DNA from: Nitrospirota bacterium
GTDB taxonomy: Bacteria > Nitrospirota > UBA9217
Direction of reading: 5' to 3'
Assembly (NCBI GenBank): GCA_963751455.1
Contig: CAVVUN010000008.1
Location: forward strand, 264,636-328,635
DNA length: 64,000 bases
Shown: piece by piece, positions 31,933-41,825 of the stretch
Layout of the letters: each line of letters opens with the position of its first letter
Position numbering within the stretch: position 1 is the stretch's first letter
Made by a program: the position numbers and the translations under genes
The notes under the pieces: model-generated
What the model was told of the DNA's origin: nothing
The model's input: the letters and a program-made list of their open reading frames with translations, nothing else
The model's database searches: none

Positions 31933-33309
31933 GTGAAAAAAACAATGTGGAGTCTGGTCAGTTTAGTTGTGTTCATTCTGTGTCCGACTTTTTTATGGGC
32001 AGCTACTATTTACGTCTCGCCCACAGGCGCCGGGAGCAAAACCGGTAGTGATTGGAACAATGCTTACCAGGGTCTTCCTTCATCAATGGTAAGGGGAAAT
32101 ACGTATGTGATAACGGGAGGAAGTTATTCTGCAAAGTCATTTAGTGACGCTCAAAGTGGTTCTACGGTAATTACCATTAGAAAAGCATCTTCTCTTCCGC
32201 AGTATAGAGACGATCTTATAGCCGGGTGGAATTCAAACTACGAGAGAGATCAAGCTGTTTTTACCGGCCAGAGTACTTTTAATACCGGATATTACATTAT
32301 TGACGGCATAACTCCCTCAACGGGCCACTGGCAAACTTCCGGTTATGGAATAAAATTTCGTGCGACGAGTTCCGGAACCAAGTACCTGGTCACGACGGGG
32401 TCCAGCAGCGTAAATTATGTCACGCTTAAACATATAGAATATCAGCATCTTGGGTCTAGCTCGGACACGCAGCAATTTGCGATACATCCCGGCCTTGACG
32501 GTACCTTTGATTCATGGACAGTTGCGAATAGTTATTTTCATGAGTTACAGGTGTTCATGAAACTGTCTGGCTATGCTCCCAAGGGGTGGATCATCGAACA
32601 CAACTATTTTGGGATTAACTGGAGTTCCTCGACCAATCACGGAGAACAACTTTCCTTTTCCCATCTGGGGGGTTCTACACCGCATCACGTCAGATATAAT
32701 TGGTTTGAACCTTTTAGAGGCACCGGATCATTGATTTATCTCTGGTATCAGAACAAGACTGCAAACGACATTTCAATCTATGGAAACGTCTGGCATAATC
32801 CCCCATCCGGCGGTAATGGAGTGATTGGGACTGGAAGCACCGGTAATTCGCCTTTGAACTATGACAACTGGAAAATCTACAACAACACTTTTATCAACGG
32901 CACTGCTCAAATAGCGATAGGTTTTGCCGACTCTCCGCCTACTGGCTGGGAAATAAGAAACAATGTGTTTTATAACTGTCAAGCTAGATACATGTTTGGT
33001 GCTCCGAACGGAGTGATCAGCAACAACTACCGCAACGGAGGCTCATGGGGATTGGGAACCTGCACGAATTGTGTGACTTCTGCCGAACCGGTTTCAACGC
33101 TTTTCCCGAATTACAGCAGCGGAGATTACCGTATAGGGTCAAATTCCCAGGCAATAGATGCGGGGTTCAGTTTAAGTTCCCCCTACAATCTAGATCCCGT
33201 CGGTACTTCACGCCCGCAATCCACGGCGTTTGACATGGGAGCCTATGAGTTCTCAACGGGCAGTGCCTTAGCGATGCCAAATCCTCCTACTAACTTACGC
33301 ATTAACTGA
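31933..33309 (+). CDS. Secreted right-handed beta-helix protein with choice-of-anchor-Q-like end, paralog 1
   Basis: Signal peptide, [26 protein letters not shown] repeats, AIDAG..DMGAYE, tail [10 protein letters not shown]. Confidence 0.85.
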   Translation: MKKTMWSLVSLVVFILCPTFLWAATIYVSPTGAGSKTGSDWNNAYQGLPSSMVRGNTYVITGGSYSAKSFSDAQSGSTVITIRKASSLPQYRDDLIAGWNSNYERDQAVFTGQSTFNTGYYIIDGITPSTGHWQTSGYGIKFRATSSGTKYLVTTGSSSVNYVTLKHIEYQHLGSSSDTQQFAIHPGLDGTFDSWTVANSYFHELQVFMKLSGYAPKGWIIEHNYFGINWSSSTNHGEQLSFSHLGGSTPHHVRYNWFEPFRGTGSLIYLWYQNKTANDISIYGNVWHNPPSGGNGVIGTGSTGNSPLNYDNWKIYNNTFINGTAQIAIGFADSPPTGWEIRNNVFYNCQARYMFGAPNGVISNNYRNGGSWGLGTCTNCVTSAEPVSTLFPNYSSGDYRIGSNSQAIDAGFSLSSPYNLDPVGTSRPQSTAFDMGAYEFSTGSALAMPNPPTNLRIN

Positions 33310-34029
33310 GATATTGTTCCGGTCAATCTCCGCTCTTACGGGAGATTGACCGGACTTCAATATGATGCCACGCTGCGTGAGCAGGCTGATAACACGTTCC
33401 ACGCAATCTTCAACAGGAGTGAAGGCGGTATCAACCACAAGGTCCGGCTGCGTAGGCTCCTCGTAGGGTGATGACACCCCCGTAAATTCCTTGATCTCTC
33501 CTGCCCTGGCCTTTTTGTAATGGCCCTTTACGTCCCTTTGCTCACAGATCTCGATTGAACATTTGCAATATATTTCGACGAAGTCCCCGGAGCCCAGCAG
33601 CTCCCGGAGCCGTTGTCGGTCAGCCCGAAAAGGCGATATAAAGGCCGTAATTGCAATAACTCCCGCATCTACGAACAGCTTGGCCATTTCCCCTATGCGC
33701 CTGATGTTCTCGGTTCGGTCTTCCTTGGAAAAGCCGAGGTCCGAGCAGAGCCCATGGCGGACGTTGTCGCCGTCAAGCACGTACGTGCGGCAGCCCATGT
33801 TGTGCAGCTTTTCCTCCAGCGCATGCGCTACCGTGGATTTTCCGGCGCCTGAAAGGCCCGTAAACCACAGACAGATGCTCCGATGTTCATTTATTTTTTC
33901 CCGTCGTATACGGGTAACCGTTGCGTGATGCCACAGTATATTATTAATGTTTCCGGTAATCATAGTCAATTGCTCCAAAGTTGAGACCACTGATGCCAGC
34001 CGTTCGCTGCCTGGTCGCCTGTTAGCCAT
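33295..34029 (-). CDS. cysC: Adenylyl-sulfate kinase
   Basis: [39 protein letters not shown]. Confidence 0.96.
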   Translation of the reverse strand: MANRRPGSERLASVVSTLEQLTMITGNINNILWHHATVTRIRREKINEHRSICLWFTGLSGAGKSTVAHALEEKLHNMGCRTYVLDGDNVRHGLCSDLGFSKEDRTENIRRIGEMAKLFVDAGVIAITAFISPFRADRQRLRELLGSGDFVEIYCKCSIEICEQRDVKGHYKKARAGEIKEFTGVSSPYEEPTQPDLVVDTAFTPVEDCVERVISLLTQRGIILKSGQSPVRAEIDRNNISVNA

Positions 34030-34093
34030 CTTTCACCTGCCTGGTGTTCGGACACATCGGATTTCCCGGTTTTTGTGTATAGCCGCAAAGACA

Positions 34094-35017
34094 TTACTGA
34101 AAAACCGGATGAATATGCGGGTCATATTCAAATCGTTTCATACTGTTTAACGTCATACTGGTAATAAATTTTTCCTCATAGGGATGAATAGACTCTTTCC
34201 AATGTTTTGCTGCTTTTTTATTGAAGCCTTCAGAAGTTTTTCCTGTTACACTGGATGCCTGCCCCGCTTTTGGGTAGAGCATTTCGGGAATAAAATCAAT
34301 CTCCGTAAACTCGCACAGTCTCCTGATGGTTTTTTCAGGCTCTGCAACAAGATCCTCGAACTTAAAAAGAGCATAATTTTTTATTCCTTTATATTTCGAA
34401 TGCAATTTTGATGTCCACATATATTCAAGGATTACGTAATTTATCATCATCTGCCTTATTGCAAATCTCAAATGGGGATGTTTTTGCATTCTTATCTTCG
34501 TGCCACCTGGATCATTTGTTTTGGATATTGCAATTGCTCTTGGATCGCGTGTTATGTGTATTATCTTGCATTCGGGATACCACTCAAGTAATTTTGGAAC
34601 ATAATTTACGGAAACGGGAAACTTCATACAACATCGGCCGCACCCTTTAAATTCCGTAATTTCCTCTATTATTATTTTAAATATGCTTTCTAATGATTTA
34701 TTTGACTTCATAAGCCTGTTACGAAGTACAGTTTTAAACTCATTATTATTGACTTTTTCTATATCATAGAACCAGAATGGATTAGCAAGTCCAGGTTCCA
34801 ACCGACGCGAGAACATAGCCTCTATCATTTTATCAATATTATTTTCATTCGATAAATCCCCCACTGTATGCCGTAAAAAAAACCTGAAATCTTTTCTCCA
34901 TTGATTGAGATAAAACATCTCACCCATTCTATAGATTTCAGGATGCTGTGCAAAAATGTTGAGCCACAGAGTACTGCCGGACCTGCGAAGACCAACGATA
35001 AAAATGGGATTTTTCAA
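34094..35017 (-). CDS. PAPS-dependent sulfotransferase
   Basis: PIFIVGLRRSGST (5'-PSB), ITRDPRAIAIS (3'-PB), FEDLV. Confidence 0.9.
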   Translation of the reverse strand: MKNPIFIVGLRRSGSTLWLNIFAQHPEIYRMGEMFYLNQWRKDFRFFLRHTVGDLSNENNIDKMIEAMFSRRLEPGLANPFWFYDIEKVNNNEFKTVLRNRLMKSNKSLESIFKIIIEEITEFKGCGRCCMKFPVSVNYVPKLLEWYPECKIIHITRDPRAIAISKTNDPGGTKIRMQKHPHLRFAIRQMMINYVILEYMWTSKLHSKYKGIKNYALFKFEDLVAEPEKTIRRLCEFTEIDFIPEMLYPKAGQASSVTGKTSEGFNKKAAKHWKESIHPYEEKFITSMTLNSMKRFEYDPHIHPVFQ

Positions 35018-35125
35018 TTTAGCACCTCATTATTTATTATGAAATTGCCGATACCGGCTTATCTTTTCGAATCAGCTTTGCCATGAAACTGCGCCAATAG
35101 TATTAATATAATTAAAACAAGGAGT

Positions 35126-35169
35126 TGTGAGATGAATCACATACGATGAGCCCTCTCGTTTGTTAAAGT
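35126..35169 (+). promoter_or_regulatory. CRP box with extended -10
   Basis: TGTGA-GATGAA-TCACA (35126-35141), TGtTAAAGT (35161-35169). Confidence 0.72.
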
Positions 35170-35232
35170 AATCAACTCACAGCTTGATCAATGCAGCATG
35201 TTTTAATTTTGATGTAACCTGGACGGTATACG

Positions 35233-36606
35233 ATGAAAAAAACGATTATGATTTACAGTTTCTTTATGTTCATTCTATTTCCGGCTTTTTCATGGGCCGC
35301 TACTCATTATGTCACTCCAACAGGAGCCGGGAGCCTGGATGGAAATGATTGGACTAATGCCTACAACGGATTACCGGCAAATTTAACGAGGGGAGACACC
35401 TATGTTGTGGCAGGCGGAAATTATTCTTCTAAGAGCTTCAACGATGCTGAAAGCAGTTCAACCGTAATCACCATTAGAAAAGCATCTTCTCTTCCACTGT
35501 ATAGAGACAATCTCATAGCCGGATGGAATCCGGGCTACGAAACAGAGCAAGCTGTTTTTTCAGGTCAGTCCGTCTTTATGACGGGATATTACACTATCGA
35601 TGGCGTAAATCCTTCGACGGGCCATTTGCAAACTTCGGGTTATGGAATAAAATTTTGTGCGACAAGTGCCGCAACCCGCTACGTGGTTTCGACCGGGCCT
35701 AACAGCGTAAACTATGTGACGCTCAAACATATGGAATTCCACCATCTTGGGTCAGGCTCTGATACTGAGCAGTTTGGGATACATACCGACCTGTCGGCCA
35801 CTTACGATTCGTGGATAATTTCTCATAACTATTTTCACGATTTACAAGTGTTCATGAAAATAGCGGGCTATGCTCCTAAGGGTTGGATGATAGAACACAA
35901 CTATTTTGCGAGTAACTGGAGTTCTTCGGCTCATCATGGAGAACAAATTTCCTTTGCCGGGCTGGGCGCTTCTACGCCGCATCAAATCAGATATAATTGG
36001 TTTGAACCTTATCATGGAACCGGGTCATTGATTTATCTCTGGTATATGGACAAGACTGCAAACGGCATTTCGATCTATGGAAACGTCTGGCATAATCCGC
36101 CATCCGAGGGCAATGGAGTGATCGGAACCGGAGATACCGGCGAATCCAGCTTGTCTTATAACAACTGGAAAATATACAACAACACTTTTATCGGCGGTAC
36201 TGCTCAAATAGCTATAGGTTTTGCCGGCTCTCCGCCTACTGGCTGGGAAATAAGAAATAATGTGTTTTATAATTGTACAACTCAATACATGTTCGGTGCT
36301 CCGGGCGGAGTGATCAGCAATAACTACCAGAACGGAGGCTCTTGGGGATGGGGAACCTGCACGGATTGTGTAACTTCAACTGAAGACGTTTCAACCCTTT
36401 TCCGGAATTATAGCAGCGGGGATTATCACCTAGGGCCAAGCTCTCAGGCGGTAAATTCCGGGTTCACGTTAAGTTCACCCTACAATGTAGATGCAGACGG
36501 TGTTTCTCGTCCGCAGGGGCCCGCGTGGGACATCGGAGCGCACGAAGTCGCAGCAGGCAGTACAACTACAATACCAATGCCCCCAACGTTGCTGCGTGTT
36601 AATTGA
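35233..36606 (+). CDS. Secreted right-handed beta-helix protein, paralog 2
   Basis: Colinear and highly similar to 31933-33309. Tail PMPPTLLRVN. Confidence 0.85.
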   Translation: MKKTIMIYSFFMFILFPAFSWAATHYVTPTGAGSLDGNDWTNAYNGLPANLTRGDTYVVAGGNYSSKSFNDAESSSTVITIRKASSLPLYRDNLIAGWNPGYETEQAVFSGQSVFMTGYYTIDGVNPSTGHLQTSGYGIKFCATSAATRYVVSTGPNSVNYVTLKHMEFHHLGSGSDTEQFGIHTDLSATYDSWIISHNYFHDLQVFMKIAGYAPKGWMIEHNYFASNWSSSAHHGEQISFAGLGASTPHQIRYNWFEPYHGTGSLIYLWYMDKTANGISIYGNVWHNPPSEGNGVIGTGDTGESSLSYNNWKIYNNTFIGGTAQIAIGFAGSPPTGWEIRNNVFYNCTTQYMFGAPGGVISNNYQNGGSWGWGTCTDCVTSTEDVSTLFRNYSSGDYHLGPSSQAVNSGFTLSSPYNVDADGVSRPQGPAWDIGAHEVAAGSTTTIPMPPTLLRVN

Positions 36607-36626
36607 CGTACAACCGGGTTGCTGCC

Positions 36627-36655
36627 CCCTCTTCCGCAGTGACTGCGGAAGAGGG
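36627..36655. terminator. GC-rich hairpin between convergent genes
   Basis: CCCTCTTCCGCAGT-G-ACTGCGGAAGAGGG, no clear U tract. Confidence 0.55.
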
Positions 36656-36715
36656 CTGGTGCACTGAAATATCAGAAAAGACCGCGGATGTATCGCGACC
36701 GAGTATATTGAAATT

Positions 36716-38584
36716 TTAACTATTCGACCTTAGCCATTCTTCAAAGACTACGAGGCTGAATAATATTTTATGATTGTCATTCTGCCCGGATATATGTTCT
36801 TTAAGAAGTTTATTTACCCTCTCGGGGCGCAGATACTGATACATTTTGGAACCATGATCAGAAAGGAAACCATTCATTTTTTGACTCAACGAGTCACGAA
36901 ACCAATCATCAACCACATTGACTGCAAAGCCTCTTTTTTTCCTGTTCACAATCGTACCTGGTAAAAAATTCTTGCACACCTGGCGATGAAGCCGTTTCCT
37001 GAGACCATTTCTGACTTTAAAATCTGCGGTTAGCCTTTGAACATATTCTACGACCTCACGGTCAAGATAGGGCACTCTGATCTCAAGGCTGTGCGCCATC
37101 GAAAGCTTGTCTGCATACATGAGCAATTCATCGGGGAGAGAAGACCGAATCTCAAGAAACTGAAATCCTCCGAGCTCGTCGCTGTCCTCAATGAAGGGTT
37201 TCAGGTCTCCCCAGCATTCCAGGATGCTGTCCCCTGCGTCAGCCGGCAACATTCCTTCCTGAAAGAGGGCATCAATGGTGTCTCCCGGCATGATGGAAAA
37301 AACATTCTGGTATCGCTTCATTTTGTCTCTGATGCCCAGAGAATAAGCACCCCGCTTAAGCGCTTCATTGTTCGGCAGCGATTTTATGACTGAAGAGAGC
37401 GAACCACGGACCCAATCAGGCAATTTTCTCCAATAAGAGCCGTAGTGGACGCCGAAGTGACGAGTATATCCTCCAAAGAGCTCATCGGGTCCCTGTCCCA
37501 TGAGCGCAACCTTTACCTTCCGGCGGGCGCCTTCACAGACAAAGTACATAGGCACAATCGAAGACGAAGCGATCGGTTCCTCCAGGCAGGAGACAATTTT
37601 TGGCAATGTTGCCTCAAAGGTTTCTCTTCTTATCTCAATGGAAGCATTTTCGGCGGAATACAATGTCGCTGTATCAGCCGCATAAGTAAGCTCATCATCT
37701 TTAAAGCTGTTTCCGTATCCGACGGAATAGGTCGGCCAGGCTTCTCCGTAGAGCCTCATCAATCCGAGCAGCAACCCCGAGTCCATGCCGCCGCTCAACA
37801 ATAACCCGACAGGAACATCGCTCAGAAGGTGTCTCTTGACAGCCCGTTTATAAATTTCGAGCAATTCTTCTTCTGCCTGCGCAAAAGTCGGCATGTTTGA
37901 AAACGGCATTGGCCTGAATTTATACCACCGTTCCAGGCGACTTGAACCTTTTTCAAATATCAACATGGTGCCCGGCGCGAGTTTTTTTATTCCTCTAAAT
38001 AACGTCAGCGGGGACGGCGTATAGCGATAACGCAAAAAAAGATTTAATGCTGTCGGATCGACCCGGGGTTTTTCGCCGGTACCCGCAAGAATGGCGCGAA
38101 TCTCGGACCCGAATAACATCCGGTCCGATTCTATCTTGTAATAGATCAATTTTATCCCCATGGGGTCGCGCGCCAGGATCAGTTTCTTTTTCAGGTCGTC
38201 CCAGATCGCAAGTCCGAACATGCCGTTCAGATGATTGAAAACATCCTCTCCCCATTGTTTATAACCGTGAACAATCACTTCTGTGTCGGATTTGGTATGA
38301 AATACGTGGCCGTTGCTTTCGAGCTCCTTCTTGAGCTCAGGGAAATTGTATATCTCGCCGTTGAATACAACCCAGACCGATTTTTCCCGGTCCGACATGG
38401 GCTGGTGTCCGCTTTTAAGATCGATAATGGAGAGCCGCCTGAAGCCGAAGCCAAGCGGTCCTGAAACATAAAAACCTTCATCATCCGGTCCCCTGTGGAC
38501 CAGCGTAGTCGTCATTTTCTCTATTGTTTTCCTGACGACCGGCAACGGGTTTTTATAGTTGTACTGTCCGCAAATTCCGCACAT
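36716..38584 (-). CDS. asnB: Second asparagine synthase-like amidotransferase
   Basis: MCGIC, HRGPD, LSGGMDS, GQGPDELFGGY, KKRGF. Confidence 0.93.
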   Translation of the reverse strand: MCGICGQYNYKNPLPVVRKTIEKMTTTLVHRGPDDEGFYVSGPLGFGFRRLSIIDLKSGHQPMSDREKSVWVVFNGEIYNFPELKKELESNGHVFHTKSDTEVIVHGYKQWGEDVFNHLNGMFGLAIWDDLKKKLILARDPMGIKLIYYKIESDRMLFGSEIRAILAGTGEKPRVDPTALNLFLRYRYTPSPLTLFRGIKKLAPGTMLIFEKGSSRLERWYKFRPMPFSNMPTFAQAEEELLEIYKRAVKRHLLSDVPVGLLLSGGMDSGLLLGLMRLYGEAWPTYSVGYGNSFKDDELTYAADTATLYSAENASIEIRRETFEATLPKIVSCLEEPIASSSIVPMYFVCEGARRKVKVALMGQGPDELFGGYTRHFGVHYGSYWRKLPDWVRGSLSSVIKSLPNNEALKRGAYSLGIRDKMKRYQNVFSIMPGDTIDALFQEGMLPADAGDSILECWGDLKPFIEDSDELGGFQFLEIRSSLPDELLMYADKLSMAHSLEIRVPYLDREVVEYVQRLTADFKVRNGLRKRLHRQVCKNFLPGTIVNRKKRGFAVNVVDDWFRDSLSQKMNGFLSDHGSKMYQYLRPERVNKLLKEHISGQNDNHKILFSLVVFEEWLRSNS

Positions 38585-38689
38585 TAATAATTCTCCGGAA
38601 ACAGGTACCGCGACACCGCAAGACTTTCTCAGTTAAATCACGAGACACAGATCTTTAAAATGCCGCAGTTCTTCAAGCTTAATTCGCCT

Positions 38690-39673
38690 TTACGAACGAT
38701 GCACATTTCGCAACCCGATAGACCAGAGGAACAGGTTAATATACTTACCGAAAACATCGAAACTCACCGTATCGGGTCTGGATTGAATTAAAAATGGCGA
38801 CAATAAAACCAGCAGGGATAATCTGATGATGGAGCCGAAGCCGACAGCAGCCTTAAATTCCAGCGCCTTAAGAGAGCCGAAGTGTTTCGTGAAGTAATAG
38901 TAATTGGAATCCCGCTGCATCAGTGCGCTGAAATACTTGTTTTGTTTTTTTTTGGAGCTCGCCCCTTCGTGATGGAATATGCTTTCCGCGGCAAGATAAT
39001 AAATTTTCCATCCTTCCTTCCTGATCCTGTAGCATAAATCAACGTCCTCGGCATACATAAATATATTTTCATCGAATCCGTTCTGGGTATCGATGATGTG
39101 CTTTCGGGCAAGCATGCATGCGCCGGAAAGACACTCTATTTCCCTGCTGTCTGCATGGTCCCAGTAATTCATATCTGATGCGCTGAAATACCTTGACCGG
39201 GGAAACAACCTATTGAGCATGGCTAAAAAGCTGAACTGGTTGAACGGGGTAGGGAAGGCACGTGCGCATGTGAATTGGATCTGTTCATCAGAAGTCACCA
39301 GCGTGCATCCTACAGCACCGAAATCGGCATTTTTTTCTAAAAAAAGAAACATGCCGTATATTGCATTTGTTCTCAGTTCCGTATCCGGATTCAGATACAA
39401 TATATATTTCCCCGACGCTTTTTTGGCCGCCTCATTATTGCCCTTTGCAAAACCCAGGTTTTTCTTGCTTTCTATGAGCAGGCATTCGGGATGGTCTCGC
39501 TTGAGCATCAGCACGCTGTCATCCGATGAATTATTATCCACAATGATAATTTCATAGGTCAACCCATGGGTCTTTTCATTAATGGATTTTATGCATTTTT
39601 GCAGCAGCTCTTTTGTATTCCAATTTACAATACATATGGAGACATCTATTTTTGTTAATGGTGCGTAAGCCAT
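38690..39673 (-). CDS. Glycosyltransferase family 2
   Basis: SICIVNWN, VDNNSSD, NLGFAKGNN, LNPD, FMYAEDVD. Start uncertain. Confidence 0.9.
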   Translation of the reverse strand: MAYAPLTKIDVSICIVNWNTKELLQKCIKSINEKTHGLTYEIIIVDNNSSDDSVLMLKRDHPECLLIESKKNLGFAKGNNEAAKKASGKYILYLNPDTELRTNAIYGMFLFLEKNADFGAVGCTLVTSDEQIQFTCARAFPTPFNQFSFLAMLNRLFPRSRYFSASDMNYWDHADSREIECLSGACMLARKHIIDTQNGFDENIFMYAEDVDLCYRIRKEGWKIYYLAAESIFHHEGASSKKKQNKYFSALMQRDSNYYYFTKHFGSLKALEFKAAVGFGSIIRLSLLVLLSPFLIQSRPDTVSFDVFGKYINLFLWSIGLRNVHRS

Positions 39674-39698
39674 GCTCTTTCTGTTCTTCTCCGCTCGT

Positions 39699-40625
39699 TT
39701 AGAAATATCTCCGTAGTCCTTGCAGCAGATTGGACATCTCAATTGAATTTATCTTGAGTTTATTCATCATTCTCTTATTCAGCAGTTTCCTGTAATAATC
39801 GGCTTCTGTGTCGCTTACCAGGAGCTTTTTACCCTTTATGAAGGAACTGAGATAACCAAGGAGCATCATAATGCCGCCGATCAAAAAGGGATTACCGAAC
39901 AGCATTCGGTGCGCAACTTTTAAAAAGAAAAAGAGTGTGCTTCCTCCCGTTAAATAATATATTTCACCATGCATTTTATTTGTTCGAACAGAGCCGATTC
40001 CGGTCCCTTCATTTTTCAAATGATAAAAGAGGATCTCCTTGAAATGACCGGTTTTCCAACCCCGCACCTGGGCCTTTATTTCATCAACAGTATCCCAGCC
40101 CTTTTCAGGAGTAAAGCCTCCTATCGACCTGAAACATTCCCATCTGAGAACTTTGGAGGCGCCCGCAGCGTGGTACTCGGGCATCTTCACTGCCAGGAAA
40201 CCTTTTCCCCTGTTCTCAAGGTATACACCCGACGCAATCCCCAGCGTGGCATCATCTTTGAATTTCAATAACAATGTTTCGAAATATTCGGGCCCAAACC
40301 TCACATCACAGTCTAATTTCACGATAAAATCGAATTTATAATCGTTAATCAGTTCATAGCCTTTATTGAACGCGTGAATAACAGAGGAGCCCGGCTGTCT
40401 TTTCGCTTCTTTGTCTAACCGTACTACTTTAATCCAGTCATATTTGCGGCTATACGCATCTAAAATGCCGGCTGTTCCGTCGTGGGAACCATCATCTATA
40501 ATCAGCCATTGAGCAGGTTTTGCCGTCTGGCTGATTACAGATTGAATGGCGCTCTCAAGGTACTTTTCTTCATCTTTTACCGGTGAAATAATGATATAGT
40601 TCGGGACAAACGCACTTTGGACCAT
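39699..40625 (-). CDS. Glycosyltransferase family 2
   Basis: ISPVKDE, IDDGSHD, KLDCD, GWDTVD. Confidence 0.9.
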   Translation of the reverse strand: MVQSAFVPNYIIISPVKDEEKYLESAIQSVISQTAKPAQWLIIDDGSHDGTAGILDAYSRKYDWIKVVRLDKEAKRQPGSSVIHAFNKGYELINDYKFDFIVKLDCDVRFGPEYFETLLLKFKDDATLGIASGVYLENRGKGFLAVKMPEYHAAGASKVLRWECFRSIGGFTPEKGWDTVDEIKAQVRGWKTGHFKEILFYHLKNEGTGIGSVRTNKMHGEIYYLTGGSTLFFFLKVAHRMLFGNPFLIGGIMMLLGYLSSFIKGKKLLVSDTEADYYRKLLNKRMMNKLKINSIEMSNLLQGLRRYF

Positions 40626-41825
40626 TTACCTTTCTCCGATCGAGGAAACACCAGCGTCGTGGAAATTTCTGGACGTTGCCGAAGCAGCAGCCAAGGCGTT
40701 GTCGAAGACGGTTTTCTCATGGTCTAAATAATCATGGATCGCTTCAGCAACATAACGTATCTGGTCTTTTTCCAGCTCCGGATACATCGGTAAGGACACG
40801 ATCTCCTGAGATGCCTTCGTTGCCTCCGGGAAATCATTGCCCTTATAATTCAGATATGAGTAAGCCTTCAGGTTCGGCAATGCAATAGGATAATGAATAC
40901 CGCTGGCAATGCCTTTTGATTTGAGATGATCCTGAAGTTTTTTTCGCACGTCCTTTTTTGTCCGCACAACGTAAAGATGATATACTGCTTTCACCTCTTT
41001 TATCTCTCGTGGCGTTACCAGGTCCGTTCCCTTCAGATAATGATCATACAGTTCGGCGTTCTTTCTGCGCGCCTCAGACCATTCGTCAAGATGTTTTAAC
41101 TTGACCCCGAGTATGGCTGCCTGGAGACCGTCCATGCGACTGTTGATTCCTTCCATTTCATGGTCATATTTGTCAACTCGTCCATGATTAGCGAACATAC
41201 GGGCCTTATTGGCAAGCACGTCGTCACCGGTCACTATTGCGCCGGCATCACCGTAGGCGCCAAGGTTTTTCCCGGGATAGAAGCTGAAACAGGCCATGTC
41301 GCCTATGGAACCGATGGTTTTCCCCTTATAGACTGCGCCATGTGCCTGTGCCGCATCCTCGATGATTTTTAAATTATACTTTTTCGCCAGGGCAATAATC
41401 GGGTCCATATCAGCAGGCTGCCCGTAAAGATGGACGGGGATGATAGCCTTGGTTTGCGAGGTGATTTTTTCCTCGATCTTGTTCGTGTCTATGTTGTACG
41501 TCCTCGGATCTATGTCGACGAAGACGACTCTCGCGCCCGTCTGCGTTATTGCTTCAGAGGTTGCGATGAAGCTGTTCGCTACAGTGATGACCTCATCGCC
41601 AGCGCCGATACCAAGTGTTTTTAATGCGATGAATAATGCATCCGTGCCGTTACCGACCCCGACACAATGTTTCACACTGCAGAACCTTGCGAACGCTTCT
41701 TCGAATTTTTTCAGGCGCTGACCTCCAATGAAGGCCGTTTCCGCAAGGACCTCCTTAATTGCTGAATCTATTTCGTCTTTAATCGTTTCATATTGGGCTT
41801 TTAAATCGACAAGTTGAATATTCAT
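40626..41825 (-). CDS. DegT/DnrJ/EryC1/StrS sugar aminotransferase
   Basis: NGTDAL, PVHLYGQ, EDAAQAHGA, SFYPGKNLGAYGDAG. Confidence 0.95.
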   Translation of the reverse strand: MNIQLVDLKAQYETIKDEIDSAIKEVLAETAFIGGQRLKKFEEAFARFCSVKHCVGVGNGTDALFIALKTLGIGAGDEVITVANSFIATSEAITQTGARVVFVDIDPRTYNIDTNKIEEKITSQTKAIIPVHLYGQPADMDPIIALAKKYNLKIIEDAAQAHGAVYKGKTIGSIGDMACFSFYPGKNLGAYGDAGAIVTGDDVLANKARMFANHGRVDKYDHEMEGINSRMDGLQAAILGVKLKHLDEWSEARRKNAELYDHYLKGTDLVTPREIKEVKAVYHLYVVRTKKDVRKKLQDHLKSKGIASGIHYPIALPNLKAYSYLNYKGNDFPEATKASQEIVSLPMYPELEKDQIRYVAEAIHDYLDHEKTVFDNALAAASATSRNFHDAGVSSIGER

